Shown: positions 63,928 through 64,000 of the stretch, piece after piece
Layout: every line of letters starts with the position of its first letter
Numbering within the stretch: position 1 is the first letter of the stretch
Assembly (NCBI RefSeq): GCF_002113885.1
Contig: NW_018408822.1
Span: 388,420-452,419, forward strand
Length of the DNA: 64,000 nt
Reading direction: 5' to 3'
Source of the DNA: Mizuhopecten yessoensis
Lineage: Eukaryota
Position numbers and translations under genes: made by a program
The notes under the pieces: generated by a model
What the model was told of the DNA's origin: nothing
Database searches by the model: none
Seen by the model: only the letters and a program-made list of their open reading frames with translations

Positions 63928-64000
63928 GTAAAATAAACATCCGAGTAACAACGACACCATGCAGTATAATTTTAAGCAATGTTTGAATGAATATTTATTC

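Overview
AT-rich, intron- and repeat-rich eukaryotic DNA. The repeat families (Helentron-type HINEs, V/CORE-type tRNA-SINEs, CR1/L2 LINEs, Gypsy, hAT) suggest a lophotrochozoan, most likely a bivalve mollusc; this is inference. Host genes: (1) an intact orphan 470-aa ORF with an uninterrupted CDS (8357-9769, +), with a possible CARD/death-fold-like N-terminus and a helical TPR-like C-terminus; (2) a complete 10-exon glutaredoxin(CPHC)-DEP-DUF547 gene (29210-41801, -; 478 aa), reconstructed by hand with consistent splice phases and a possible upstream mitochondrial presequence; (3) the probable 5' end of a + strand gene built from micro-exons (53656 onward); (4) a probable decayed multi-exon pseudogene (about 49.7-53.3 kb, -). 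The rest is a defective hAT transposon, a gap-truncated Gypsy inserted in an L2 LINE, CR1-type LINE fragments, two HINEs, SINEs, MITEs and three large minisatellites (32, 30 and about 54 bp units). The most unusual observations are an intronic minisatellite made of about 19 copies of the gene's own 3' splice site, and a cluster of 22-27 bp CAC...GTG-type micro-palindromes, one with a perfect 7-bp target duplication, resembling P-element excision footprints. No CRISPR array, rRNA or intact tRNA was found. Most short ORFs in the supplied track are artefacts of repeats or antisense frames.
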